Source of the DNA: Candidatus Limnocylindria bacterium
GTDB taxonomy: Bacteria > Chloroflexota > Limnocylindria > P2-11E
DNA length: 64,000 nucleotides
NCBI GenBank assembly: GCA_038211425.1
Contig: JBBQVQ010000005.1
Coordinates: forward strand, 13,991 to 77,990
Reading direction: 5' to 3'
The notes under the pieces were generated by a model, which saw only the letters and a program-made list of their open reading frames with translations, was not told the DNA's origin and did not search any database. Of this stretch, positions 1 to 9,430 are shown one piece after another. The translations under genes were made by a program, and so were the position numbers. Every line of letters starts with the position of its first letter. Positions within the stretch are counted from its first letter, which is position 1.

Positions 1-2
1 CG

Positions 3-161
3 ATCGAGCTGCGTCCCCGCTGGCGCGAGGCGCTCGAGCGTCGCCAGGTCAGCCAGGTGCTGATCGACCCGCGGCATCCGCTGGCCGAGGCACTGCGGGA
101 CGATGGCTGGATCGTCCTCGCGTCGGGGGCGCGTTTCGTCCTCCTGGAGCGTCCGAGGTGA
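3..161 (+). CDS. 3' end of a gene cut by the window edge; its tail resembles the tail of the next membrane protein, so likely a tandem paralogue
   Basis: The frame is open from base 3 to TGA 159-161. The tail ...VSQVLIDPRHPLAEALRDDGWIVLASGARFVLLERPR parallels ...IRTLLVHPGDPVAVRAADLGWRVRRASAGFIVVEVP of ORF 158..1576. There is a GTGA stop/start overlap with the next gene. Confidence 0.45.
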   Translation: MELRPRWREALERRQVSQVLIDPRHPLAEALRDDGWIVLASGARFVLLERPR

Positions 162-1576
162 CCGCGGCGCGCCCGACCCGGATGTCCCTCGGCCTGCCGC
201 TCCTGGTGGGCGCCCTGTTCGCCGCGTCGTCGGCACCGTTCGCCGCGGCCGACCCCGACCTCTTCTGGCACCTCGCCACGGCGCGCGAGACCCTCGCGCG
301 CGGCCTCGTCCGAACGGATCTCTTCTCCTGGACCGTCGCCGGAAGCGCGGTACCCGCGGACCAGTGGCTCGGCCAGCTGGCGTGGTACGGCGCCTACCAG
401 GTCGGCGAGTGGCGCGGAGTGGTCGGGCTGCGCACGATCGGCGTCGCCATCCTGGTCGCGCTCATCGTCACCTCCGCTCTGCTGGCCCGGCGGCACGGCC
501 CGCTCGTGGCCGCGCTCGCCGCGATCCCGGCGATCCTCCTGTCGCGCTTCTCGTGGACAGAGCGGCCGGAACTCTTCGGCACGATGTTCTTCGCTGGTGC
601 GCTCGTGCTGGTGCGTGCCGGGAGATCGGGCAGCGACCGCGCGATGATCGCGCTCCCTGCGCTCCTCCTCGTCTGGGCGAATGTGCACGGGTCATACGCG
701 CTCGGCGCGGTCCTCGTCGTCGTCGCCTGTCTCGAGGGCGCGTGGAGCGAACGGCCGCGCCGGCGCGTCTATGCGCTGGTGGCGACGTGCTCCCTCGCGG
801 CCACCTTCGCGACTCCGGCGCTCGGCGCGAGCTGGACCAACCCGGGCCTCCACCTTCTCCACCCCCCGCGCGACATCCAGGAATGGGCCGTCCCGGACGT
901 GGGAACGGCGGCGGGGGCGCTGTATGTGTTCACGCTCGCGCTCGTCCTGGGATGCGCGATGCTCGTGCGCGCCGTCCGGCCGCGGGACGTCATCGTGCTC
1001 GTGCCCACGGCGCTGTTGTCGCTCACCGCGACGCGCCACATGCAGCTGTTCGCGATCGCGGCCGCGCCGTATCTCGCCGCCCATGGTCCCGACGCCTTGC
1101 GGACGGTCCGCGATGCCCTGCGGCTCGACGTCCCGTTCCCCCGGCTGCCCGCCGCGACCCCGGCGACGGCACGGGCTGACGCGCTCGTTGGTGTCGCTGC
1201 CGTCTTGCTGATCGTGGGTTCCGTCGCGATCGCCCCGCGCGCGCCCGATCTGACCAACTTTCCGGTCGCGGCGGTCGAGGCGCTTCCGCCCGGCCCCGGG
1301 TCGTTCAACGCCTACGACTGGGGCGGTTTCCTGATCTGGTACGCGCCTCGGACCCCGGTATTCATCGACGGTCGGCTCGTGCCATACCTGGACCGCACGC
1401 TCGACGAATACAAGACGATCATCGGCGCGCGCCCCGGTTGGCGCGCGCTGGTGGACCGCCTCCGGATCCGCACGCTCCTGGTGCATCCCGGCGATCCGGT
1501 CGCCGTCCGGGCCGCCGACCTCGGCTGGCGTGTCCGGCGAGCCTCGGCCGGTTTCATCGTCGTCGAGGTGCCCTAG
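158..1576 (+). CDS. polytopic membrane protein, possibly a GT-C-fold glycosyltransferase-like protein (function uncertain)
   Basis: 472-aa ORF with many hydrophobic segments. It has a DPD..FWHL motif in the first loop and a soluble C-terminal tail. I recognise no specific family with confidence. Confidence 0.6.
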   Translation: MTAARPTRMSLGLPLLVGALFAASSAPFAAADPDLFWHLATARETLARGLVRTDLFSWTVAGSAVPADQWLGQLAWYGAYQVGEWRGVVGLRTIGVAILVALIVTSALLARRHGPLVAALAAIPAILLSRFSWTERPELFGTMFFAGALVLVRAGRSGSDRAMIALPALLLVWANVHGSYALGAVLVVVACLEGAWSERPRRRVYALVATCSLAATFATPALGASWTNPGLHLLHPPRDIQEWAVPDVGTAAGALYVFTLALVLGCAMLVRAVRPRDVIVLVPTALLSLTATRHMQLFAIAAAPYLAAHGPDALRTVRDALRLDVPFPRLPAATPATARADALVGVAAVLLIVGSVAIAPRAPDLTNFPVAAVEALPPGPGSFNAYDWGGFLIWYAPRTPVFIDGRLVPYLDRTLDEYKTIIGARPGWRALVDRLRIRTLLVHPGDPVAVRAADLGWRVRRASAGFIVVEVP

Positions 1577-1690
1577 CTTTGGCCCCCTCGGCGGCGCCCG
1601 GTCCGCCGCCTGTGCGGAACGGAAGGGTTTCCCGGCGACCGGTCCCAGAAGGCATTCCGCCCCGCCCGCGCCCCTCCGGGGGGACTTTCG

Positions 1691-1719
1691 TTACAGGCAG
1701 GTGCCGTATTTGGTACTAG
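1691..1719 (+). promoter_or_regulatory. candidate sigma70-type promoter (TTACAG-17 nt-TACTAG) for the kinase operon; it would give a near-leaderless transcript
   Basis: TTACAG at 1691-1696, a 17-nt spacer, then TACTAG at 1714-1719. The GTG start at 1729 lies about 10 nt after the -10 box, in an AT-richer patch of a GC-rich intergenic region. Confidence 0.4.
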
Positions 1720-1728
1720 AGTGGCACG

Positions 1729-2681
<953 letters not shown>

Positions 2682-2685
<4 letters not shown>

Positions 2686-3392
2686 CGCTGCTCGAAAGCC
2701 CGGAGCGGTCCATCAGGATCGTGCTCGCGGACGGCAGCCGCATCACCGTGCTCGGAATTCGGCAGGTCCTCGACAGCGCCGCGAACATGGAGGTCCTGGC
2801 CGTGGCGTCCGACGGCGAGGAGGCGGTGGCCCGGGCCATCGAGCTTGAGCCGGACGTGCTGGTGATCGAGGTCGACCTGCCGCGCCTTTCCGGTCTGGAG
2901 GCGACACAGCGGGTCCGCCGCGAGTTGCCGCACGTGGGGATCGTCATCCTCGCCAGTGAGGACCGGGAGGAGACGCTGTTCGAAGCCATCCGCGTCGGTG
3001 CCGCGGCCTACCTCCGCAAGGATTGCGATCCGGCCGAGCTGGTCGACACCATCCGCAAGGTACGGCTGGGCCACTTCACCATCAACGAAAAGATCTTCAG
3101 CCGGCCGTCCGTCGCCTCGAAGGTCCTCGCCGAGTTCCGGGACCTGTCCGTGTACGGTCAGGGCCCGAGCAGCGCGTTCGCGCCGCTCTCCCCTCGCGAG
3201 GTCCAGATCCTCGACAGCATCGCGCAGGGGAGGACGAACAAAGAGGTAGCTTACGCTCTCGCGATATCGGAGCAGACGGTCAAGAACCACATGTCGAGCA
3301 TCCTCCGCAAGCTCTCGGTCAACGACCGCACTCAGGCCGTCGTGTACGCGATGCGCCACGGCTGGATCAGCGGCCCGGAGCTCCCAGCATGA
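2682..3392 (+). CDS. LuxR/NarL-family response regulator with an atypical receiver domain
   Basis: TTGA overlap with the kinase stop. The receiver reads IRIVLADGS..PDVLVIEVDLPRLSG..ILASEDRE..YLRKD. The C-terminal HTH reads LSPREVQILDSIAQGRTNKEVAYALAISEQTVKNHMSSILRKLSVNDRTQA. Confidence 0.9.
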
Positions 3393-3444
3393 CCCGCTCA
3401 TCACGGGACCTCGCGCTCGGCCCCGCCCGCGGACGGCCGCGCTC

Positions 3445-4473
3445 GTGAGCACGCCGGCCGAGGTCGCCGCGGGCTTCGCGGCGGAAACGCAGCGGCTGGC
3501 GAGCGAGACGACAGAGCTCGAGATGCTGGTCGGATCGACGCAGACCGAGATCTCCCGCTTCCGTGCACGCGAGGACCAGGCACGAACGAAGATCGAGGAC
3601 GCGCGCCTGAACCCGGCGAACTACCAGCGGGAGGAGATCGTCCGACTCGCGGACGACCTCGTCACGGCGGTCGCGCGCAGGCTCACCATGGAGGGGCAGC
3701 TCAGCACCCTCCAGTCGAAGCGCAAGCTCCTGGAGCGGGTGCGCGCGCTCCTCGGCCGCTCACGCGACGAGCTTCTCGCGGCCGTCGACGCGCCGCACGC
3801 CCCCGCCGCGCCGCCCCTCGACGAGAAGCGGATCCTCCAGGCCGTCGTCACCTGGCAGGAGCAGGAACGCCTACGGATCGCGCGCCAGGTGCACGACGGC
3901 CCTGCGCAGGCGATGGCGAACGTCGTCCTGCAGTCGGAGATCAGCGAGCGGCTGTACGACATCGACGCGCAGCGGTCCCGCCAGGAGCTCGCCGCTCTGC
4001 GGCAGATGGTCAACCGGACGCTCCAGGAGCTGCGTGGGTTCATCTTCGAGCTTCGGCCCATGGTCCTGGACGACCTCGGCCTCGTTCCTACCCTGCGGCG
4101 CTATGTCCAGACGCTCGTGGACAAGCACGGCGCAAAGGTCGACTTCTCCAGCACCGGACGCGATCGGCGACTGCCATCCGAGGATGAGGTGGCGATCTTC
4201 AGGGTGATCCAGGAGTCGCTCATCGAGCGCATCCAGGGCGCGTCGGCGAAGGCCGCGGTCCTGAGCCTCTCATGGACCGAGGGCACCGTCGAGGTGGATC
4301 TCACCAGCGACGGAGGTGAGGCTCCGAGCGGATCAGAGCAGAACTCAGGGGTCCGCCGGAGCGAGCGCTTGGCCCTCCTGGGCGGCGAGGCCACCGAGGG
4401 CCGGCGTCCCGATGGGACCCACGTGCTGCACCTGCGGATGCCGATACACGCCTCGGCGCAGGTGGCCGGCTGA
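3445..4473 (+). CDS. histidine-kinase paralogue with an intact DHp/H-box but a degenerate ATP-binding domain (pseudo-kinase)
   Basis: H-box VHDGPAQAMANVVLQ and ELRPMVLDDLGLVPTLRRY are present. The N-box is IQESLIERIQGA (no Asn/His), G1 is TSDGGEA and G2 is RRSERLALLGGEA. No TM segment. Confidence 0.8.
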   Translation: MSTPAEVAAGFAAETQRLASETTELEMLVGSTQTEISRFRAREDQARTKIEDARLNPANYQREEIVRLADDLVTAVARRLTMEGQLSTLQSKRKLLERVRALLGRSRDELLAAVDAPHAPAAPPLDEKRILQAVVTWQEQERLRIARQVHDGPAQAMANVVLQSEISERLYDIDAQRSRQELAALRQMVNRTLQELRGFIFELRPMVLDDLGLVPTLRRYVQTLVDKHGAKVDFSSTGRDRRLPSEDEVAIFRVIQESLIERIQGASAKAAVLSLSWTEGTVEVDLTSDGGEAPSGSEQNSGVRRSERLALLGGEATEGRRPDGTHVLHLRMPIHASAQVAG

Positions 4474-4521
4474 TCGCCCTCAGGATGCACTATCCGAGCC
4501 GCTCCGCTGCTCCGCCGGGTA

Positions 4522-4546
4522 GGTGCCGCCTCCAGGCACCGTTTTC
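4522..4546 (+). terminator. intrinsic terminator-like hairpin after the pseudo-kinase gene
   Basis: GGTGCC (4522-4527), loop gcctcca, GGCACC (4535-4540), followed by GTTTT. It lies in the convergent gap between 3445..4473 (+) and spoIID (-). Confidence 0.55.
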
Positions 4547-4686
4547 CCGTAAGAGATAAGAAAGGCGGAATCAGCGACCCGCGCACCCGGCGCGCGCGCG
4601 GCGGGCGCGAACCGTCACTCGCGACGCTGGCGCACGCCCGCCGTCTCCGCCCGGATCTCCGGGGGCAACGTCCCTTCCATCGGCCG

Positions 4687-6204
4687 TCAGCCGCCGCCGG
4701 CGGCGGTCAACTGGATGCCCCGGTAGTAGTGGAGGAGGATCTGCTCCGTCGATGCGCCGCCGCGGGCCATCGCCTCGGCGCCCCACTGCGACATCCCGAC
4801 GCCGTGACCGAACCCTCGTCCGGTGAACACGAAGCGCCCCGGTAGCGCGAAGGTGTAGCCGAGGATCCGCGGTTCGTCCATCTCGCGGTTGCGCCCCACA
4901 GTCCGCCGGAGCGCGGCGCCGATCCGTTCCGCTCCCAGGGCCTCGAGCGCGCGGATGCGCTCGCCGTTCGCCGCATCCACGTATTCGGTGTCGCCCCCCG
5001 GCCGGAACGTGACGGTGAACAGCGCGCTGCGCAGACCGAAGTAGTACCGCGTGCGGTCCTTTCCGATCTCCCGTGTGTCGAGCGTGCCAGTCACGCGCGC
5101 CAGGATCACGCGGCCGCTAACCGAGACGCGCGTGAGGTCGATGCTCTTCGGCTCGCCGACGTCGAAGCTGCGGGCCGCCAGGTATTCGCCCAGCTGCGGC
5201 GCGGTCATCTCCCTGGTCCACTCCCAGCTCGCGCTCCCCCACGAGACCTCCCTGGCGATCGCGTCGCCGGGCGACGCAACGCTGCGCAGGTAGGGCAGCG
5301 GGTTCGCGAAGACGTTCTCCGAGTCCTCGGTGATGCCGCCGGCGTTCGCCGAGTACAGCGCCTCGATCGCGGCGCCCCGATACGTCGCGACGACCCCTGC
5401 CGTCCGCTCGACGGCCAGACGCGTCGACGCGGCCTCGCTCTTGATCCCGTCGTATGCCTGGTCGCGGGTGTCGCCTTCGAGGTCGTAGGAGTCGTGGCGG
5501 CGCAAGTGCGTCAGCAGGTAGGTGCGCGCGGCGATCGCCTGCGCTCCGAGGGCGGCCGCCGTCCAGCCCGCCGGCATCTCCGCCCCAACGACCGACGCGA
5601 GGTAATCCGCCGTCGCGACGTCATTCACGACGATCATGCCGCCGCCGTCGTCGAGCGCGAGCTCCAGCGTCCCGCGGAACGAGCGGCCGTTGAACTCGAG
5701 CAGCCCATCAGCGGCGGTGAAACGAACGCCGACGACCTTGTCGGCGGCCAGAGCGACCGTCCCGACAGGGTCCTTCTCGTCGCGCAGAAGGCTGAACTCG
5801 AATGGCACGGTGACCAGCCCATGCGCCGCTGGGTCTCGGGCGGCCACGCGCGCCTCGCGCAGGATGCTCGCGCGGTCGGCACGCTCCTCAGAACTCAGGG
5901 CGCCGTGGGCCGCGGACGGCAGCTCTTGGCCGCCGAGGTCGGCGACACGCCGAACGCTCGTTCGGCTCAGCGTCCTTCCGCGGCCGCGGTACAGGACGCG
6001 TCCGTCAGGCGCGGCCGCGGCCACCGTGCCGCTGGAGGAGATGACGGCGTACGAGATGGGCGACGAGGCCACGTTGACGCGGATCCGAGAGGGCAGCGCG
6101 AGTGTGGGCGCCGCCAGCACGGTGGCCGGCGGGACGCCGCCGAAGGAGCCGCACACGAATGTCGCCACGAGCGCCGCGGTGACGCGTCGGGAGGCGCGGC
6201 TCAC
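4687..6204 (-). CDS. spoIID: SpoIID/LytB-domain protein (cell-wall lytic transglycosylase / amidase-enhancer family), secreted
   Basis: Motifs AQAIAARTYLL, YSANAGGITEDSENVF, GRGFGHGVGMSQWGA. The start is taken at GTG 6204 (VSRASRRVTAALVATFVCGSF signal-like segment), which forms a GTGA overlap with the hpt stop. The longer ORF-track start at 6375 overlaps hpt. Confidence 0.85.
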   Translation of the reverse strand: MSRASRRVTAALVATFVCGSFGGVPPATVLAAPTLALPSRIRVNVASSPISYAVISSSGTVAAAAPDGRVLYRGRGRTLSRTSVRRVADLGGQELPSAAHGALSSEERADRASILREARVAARDPAAHGLVTVPFEFSLLRDEKDPVGTVALAADKVVGVRFTAADGLLEFNGRSFRGTLELALDDGGGMIVVNDVATADYLASVVGAEMPAGWTAAALGAQAIAARTYLLTHLRRHDSYDLEGDTRDQAYDGIKSEAASTRLAVERTAGVVATYRGAAIEALYSANAGGITEDSENVFANPLPYLRSVASPGDAIAREVSWGSASWEWTREMTAPQLGEYLAARSFDVGEPKSIDLTRVSVSGRVILARVTGTLDTREIGKDRTRYYFGLRSALFTVTFRPGGDTEYVDAANGERIRALEALGAERIGAALRRTVGRNREMDEPRILGYTFALPGRFVFTGRGFGHGVGMSQWGAEAMARGGASTEQILLHYYRGIQLTAAGGG

Positions 6205-6785
6205 GGCAGCGTCGTGTACACCTCTGGTCTCAACACGCCGATGAACGGAAGATTCCGGTAGCGCTCGGCGTAATCGAGGCCATAGCCGACGACGAACTTG
6301 TCCGGGATCTCGAAGCCGCGATAGTCGATCTCGATCGGCACGATCCGCCGCGCCGGCTTGTCGAGCAGCGTGCACAACCGTATCGAAGCCGGGCGCTGAC
6401 CGCGCAGGTGCTCCATCACGTAGTTGAGGGTGAAGCCCGTGTCGAGGATGTCCTCGACGACGAGGACGTCCCGATCGGCTATCGAGTGCGCGAGGTCCTT
6501 CAGGATCCGCACGACCCCGCTGGTCTCGGTCGACGCGCCGTACGACGTCACTTCGAGGAAGTCGAGCGACAACGGGATCGGGATCTCGCGCATCAGATCG
6601 GCGAGGAACGGCAGGGCACCCTTCAGGATGCTGACGAGGACGAGATCGCGCCCTTGGTAATCGCGTGCGATGTCGGAGCCGAGCTCGGCCACGCGCGCGT
6701 GGATCGTCGGCGCGGAGATCAGAATGTCGGCGATGTCATCGGCCGCGGTGGCGGCCATGGGCGCGGAAGCCATATCGACCGCCAT
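6201..6785 (-). CDS. hpt: hypoxanthine-guanine phosphoribosyltransferase
   Basis: ILISAPTIHARVAELG..DLVLVSILKGALPFLADL..DFLEVTSYG..VLVVEDILDTGFTLNY (PRPP motif)..KFVVGYGLDYAERYRNLPFIG. ATG at 6785. Confidence 0.93.
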   Translation of the reverse strand: MAVDMASAPMAATAADDIADILISAPTIHARVAELGSDIARDYQGRDLVLVSILKGALPFLADLMREIPIPLSLDFLEVTSYGASTETSGVVRILKDLAHSIADRDVLVVEDILDTGFTLNYVMEHLRGQRPASIRLCTLLDKPARRIVPIEIDYRGFEIPDKFVVGYGLDYAERYRNLPFIGVLRPEVYTTLP

Positions 6786-6787
6786 TG

Positions 6788-7114
6788 TCACACGCGGTCG
6801 CGGTATCTCGCGGCGAGCGACGCGATGTCCCTCCGATACAGCACGCGCACTCGCTGCTGTGGATAGCGTTCGCGGAACCTGCGAAGCTTTCGGTTCTTCC
6901 TCGTCACCAAACACTGGCGCATCGTCGTGAGCTCGACGTACATGCCGAGATCCGGGAGCCAGAAGTCCGGCGTGAAGCTTTGGACCGCTTCTCCCTGATC
7001 GTCGCGCTCGAGCACGAAGGTGTGCGGTTCGTATTCCCATCGAACGCGGTAGAAGTTGAGGACGCGGGAAAAGTGTTCTTCGCTCGGATGAGCGAAGGCG
7101 GGGTCAGCGGCCAG
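6788..7114 (-). CDS. small conserved hypothetical protein, possibly with a PD-(D/E)xK nuclease-like fold; start uncertain (CTG 7114 or 7126 proposed; first canonical start is GTG 7015)
   Basis: The frame is open from the stop at 7145-7147. It translates to ..AHPSEEHFSRVLNFYRVRWEYEPHTFVLERDDQGEAVQSFTPDFWLPDLGMYVELTT.. It ends 2 nt before the hpt ATG. GAGGGGA lies just upstream of CTG 7114. Confidence 0.5.
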   Translation of the reverse strand: MAADPAFAHPSEEHFSRVLNFYRVRWEYEPHTFVLERDDQGEAVQSFTPDFWLPDLGMYVELTTMRQCLVTRKNRKLRRFRERYPQQRVRVLYRRDIASLAARYRDRV

Positions 7115-7232
7115 GGATCCCCTCAGCCGGCACGGCGCGCTCCGTCAGCGCCGATCGACCAGGGACGAATGTCCATCGCACGCCCGACCAGCATAGCCGG
7201 GCGGCCGCCCCCATTGGCGAGCATCGCCGGCA

Positions 7233-7970
7233 CTAGCCTCTGCGACGCGCCAGCAGGACCGCGCCCGCTGCCAGCGCGAGCGCAGCGATCGCCCCTCCCG
7301 CGAGCAACAGCGCTCCTGGAACTGACGCCGGCGGCGCCGCGGGCGCGAGAGGCCGCGCCGCGACCGCCGACGCATCCGGCGCTGGCGTGACGGATGGCGA
7401 CGCCAGCGCCAAAGACGCCACGGACGCGGCAGGGGTCACGCTCGGCGGCTCGGTCGCCGTGTCCGCCTGGGTCGTCGGCGCCGCGGTCGGCGCGATCGTC
7501 GCCTGCGGATCGGCAGGTGGCCCCAAGGTCCGCGCGGCGGTCTGCGGTGGCGTGGGCGGCGCGGTACGGGCAGGCGCCGGCACAGGCGTCGGGGGTGGCG
7601 CGGTCGGCCGCGGAGTCGCGATCGCCAGGACCGTGACCGACCCGGTCATGGAGGCGTGTATGGCGCAGTGGTACGTGAAGACGCCGGGTAGGGTGAGGCT
7701 GATCGCCGCGGATGTCTGCCCGCTGTTCAGGACACCCGTGGTCCACGCGCCGTTGTCCGCGGTGGCCGTGTGCTGTGCGCCATCGAGGTCCTTCCAGGTC
7801 ACGGCGTCGCCCGCGGTCACTGTCGTCGCGGCGGGCCTGAAGGTGAAGCCTTGGATGCTCACTGCCGCCGTGGCTGCGTCCGCTGCGGCGGGGACGCCCG
7901 CGAGCACCGCCGTCAGCGCGAGCCCGGCCAGACGCGCCGCGTAACTAGAGTAGGCGCCGAGGTGGGCCAT
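7233..7970 (-). CDS. secreted type-1 copper (cupredoxin, amicyanin/plastocyanin-like) protein with a Pro/Thr/Ala-rich linker and a C-terminal membrane anchor
   Basis: Signal peptide MAHLG..LAGVPAAADA. Cupredoxin core FTFRPATTVTAGDAVTWKDLDGAQHT..GVFTYHCAIHASMTG (His, Cys-x2-His-x2-Met ligands). PT-rich spacer, then ALLLAGGAIAALALAAGAVLLARRRG. Confidence 0.85.
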   Translation of the reverse strand: MAHLGAYSSYAARLAGLALTAVLAGVPAAADAATAAVSIQGFTFRPAATTVTAGDAVTWKDLDGAQHTATADNGAWTTGVLNSGQTSAAISLTLPGVFTYHCAIHASMTGSVTVLAIATPRPTAPPPTPVPAPARTAPPTPPQTAARTLGPPADPQATIAPTAAPTTQADTATEPPSVTPAASVASLALASPSVTPAPDASAVAARPLAPAAPPASVPGALLLAGGAIAALALAAGAVLLARRRG

Positions 7971-8027
7971 CAGACCCTTGCGCCGCTGAGCGAGCCGTTC
8001 GCGGCGCTCGGAAGCGAGGCGCTACGC

Positions 8028-8705
8028 ATGTCGCTGCGCCTCGATACGTTGCAGCTGGCGCTCTGCGAGCGATACGCGGAGGAGCTCATCGCCTGCAATA
8101 CGTCCGTGAACCTCACTGCGATCACCGAGCCCACGGACATCGCGCACAAGCACTTCCTCGACTCCTTCACGGCGCTCGAAGTACGGCGGTGGGGGGGTAG
8201 GGACCGACTGGTGGACGTGGGCAGCGGTGCTGGCTTTCCGGGGCTCGCGCTGCGCATCGCCCGGCCCGGGCTGCACGTCACTCTCGTCGAGTCCGTCGGC
8301 AAGAAGACGCGGTTCCTCGAGGCTGTGACGCAGCTGCTCGGCTTCTCGGACGTCGAGATCCGGAATGAGCGGGCGGAGGTATCAGGACGCGGTCATCGCG
8401 CGGCCTACGACGTCGCCACCGCGCGGGCGGTCGGGTCGCTCGCGCTTTGCGTCGAGTACCTCTTGCCGCTCCTCCGGGTCGGAGGCGACGCGATCGTCTG
8501 GAAGGGGAGGGTCGACGACGAGCTGCCGGCAGCCCGGCGCGCGCTCTCGGCCGTCGGCGGCGAGCTCACTTCGGTCATCCCCACGTCGGCGATCGGCGTC
8601 GGGGACATCTTGCCCGGTCGCCACCTGGTCGTCATGCGCAAGACACGGGCGACGCCGGAGCGGTACCCGCGCGGCGCGGCCGAGGCAAGGCGCAGGGCGT
8701 GGTGA
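8028..8705 (+). CDS. rsmG: 16S rRNA (guanine527-N7)-methyltransferase RsmG (GidB)
   Basis: NLTAITEPTDIAHKHFLDS..LVDVGSGAGFPGLALRIARP..VTLVESVGKKTRFL..YDVATARAV. ATG at 8028 is chosen; the longer ORF-track start overlaps the divergent cupredoxin gene. Confidence 0.88.
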   Translation: MSLRLDTLQLALCERYAEELIACNTSVNLTAITEPTDIAHKHFLDSFTALEVRRWGGRDRLVDVGSGAGFPGLALRIARPGLHVTLVESVGKKTRFLEAVTQLLGFSDVEIRNERAEVSGRGHRAAYDVATARAVGSLALCVEYLLPLLRVGGDAIVWKGRVDDELPAARRALSAVGGELTSVIPTSAIGVGDILPGRHLVVMRKTRATPERYPRGAAEARRRAW

Positions 8706-9430
8706 TCGTGCCCGCGATCGACGTCAGCGGCGGTCGGGTCGCCCTCCGCGGCGCGGACCCGGGCTTCTCTCCAGAGGACCTCGCCGCCCGGTTCGTCGCG
8801 GAGGGCGCGCAGGAGCTTCACCTCGTGGACCTCGACGCGGCGCGGAACGGGGACGCGCGGAACACAGCGCAGCTGGCCCGGATCGCGCGCGCCCACGCCA
8901 TACCGGTGCGCCTTGCCGGCGGGATCTCCGAGCTCGGCATGGCCCGCGCCGCGCTCGCCGACGGCTTCACGGGTGTCCTGTTCTCGTCGGCGGTCTTCGC
9001 GGACGATGCGCTCCTGCGGGAGATCGCAGCGCTCGGCGACCGCGCGATCGTCGAGATCGAGGCCGCGGAGGGCTGGCTCGCGCCGCGGGGAGGCGACCCG
9101 GCCCTCGTCGCCGAGGCCTCCGGGCGCGGCGCGCTCAGCTCGGCACGCGCGGCCGTGGACGCGGGCATCCGCTCGCTCTACGTTGTCGACGTGCTTTCGG
9201 ACGGCCGCCTGGCCGGACCGGCGCTCGCGCTGATCCAGCGTATCCGCACCGCCCTGGGACCCGCCGCCCTCGCGGTCGCGTTCCACACCGGCGGCGGGAT
9301 CCGCGACCTCGACGACATCCGCCGCCTGGCCGGCGCGGGCATCGCCTCCGCGGTCGTCGGCCGCGCGCTCCTGGAAGGCCGCTTCACCATCGCCGCTGCC
9401 CGGCGCGTGGCGCGGGGGCACGCGCACTGA
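8702..9430 (+). CDS. HisA/HisF-family (beta/alpha)8 protein, a HisA-like paralogue outside a his operon
   Basis: VIVPAIDVSGGRVALRG..ELHLVDLDAARNG..VRLAGGISE..VVDVLSDGRLAGP..HTGGGIRDLDDIRRL..AVVGRALLEGRF. GTG at 8702 forms a GTGA overlap with the rsmG stop. Confidence 0.75.
   Translation: MIVPAIDVSGGRVALRGADPGFSPEDLAARFVAEGAQELHLVDLDAARNGDARNTAQLARIARAHAIPVRLAGGISELGMARAALADGFTGVLFSSAVFADDALLREIAALGDRAIVEIEAAEGWLAPRGGDPALVAEASGRGALSSARAAVDAGIRSLYVVDVLSDGRLAGPALALIQRIRTALGPAALAVAFHTGGGIRDLDDIRRLAGAGIASAVVGRALLEGRFTIAAARRVARGHAH

Noticed and set aside
7387-7944. 185-aa + strand ORF opposite the cupredoxin gene.
   Set aside because: It is an Ala/Gly/Val-rich mirror of the cupredoxin's PT-rich linker. 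The minus-strand product has a signal peptide, a complete copper-ligand set and a TM anchor.
8365-9426. N-terminal ~350 aa of the 594-aa ORF 8365..10149. Comparable long N-terminal extensions occur in ORFs 30147..32435, 9992..12403, 13963..15063, 50904..52349 and 61603..62454.
   Set aside because: The extensions are Arg/Pro-rich and overlap real genes in other frames (rsmG, hisA-like, glycerate kinase and others). Homology begins only at the internal starts used in the feature table.
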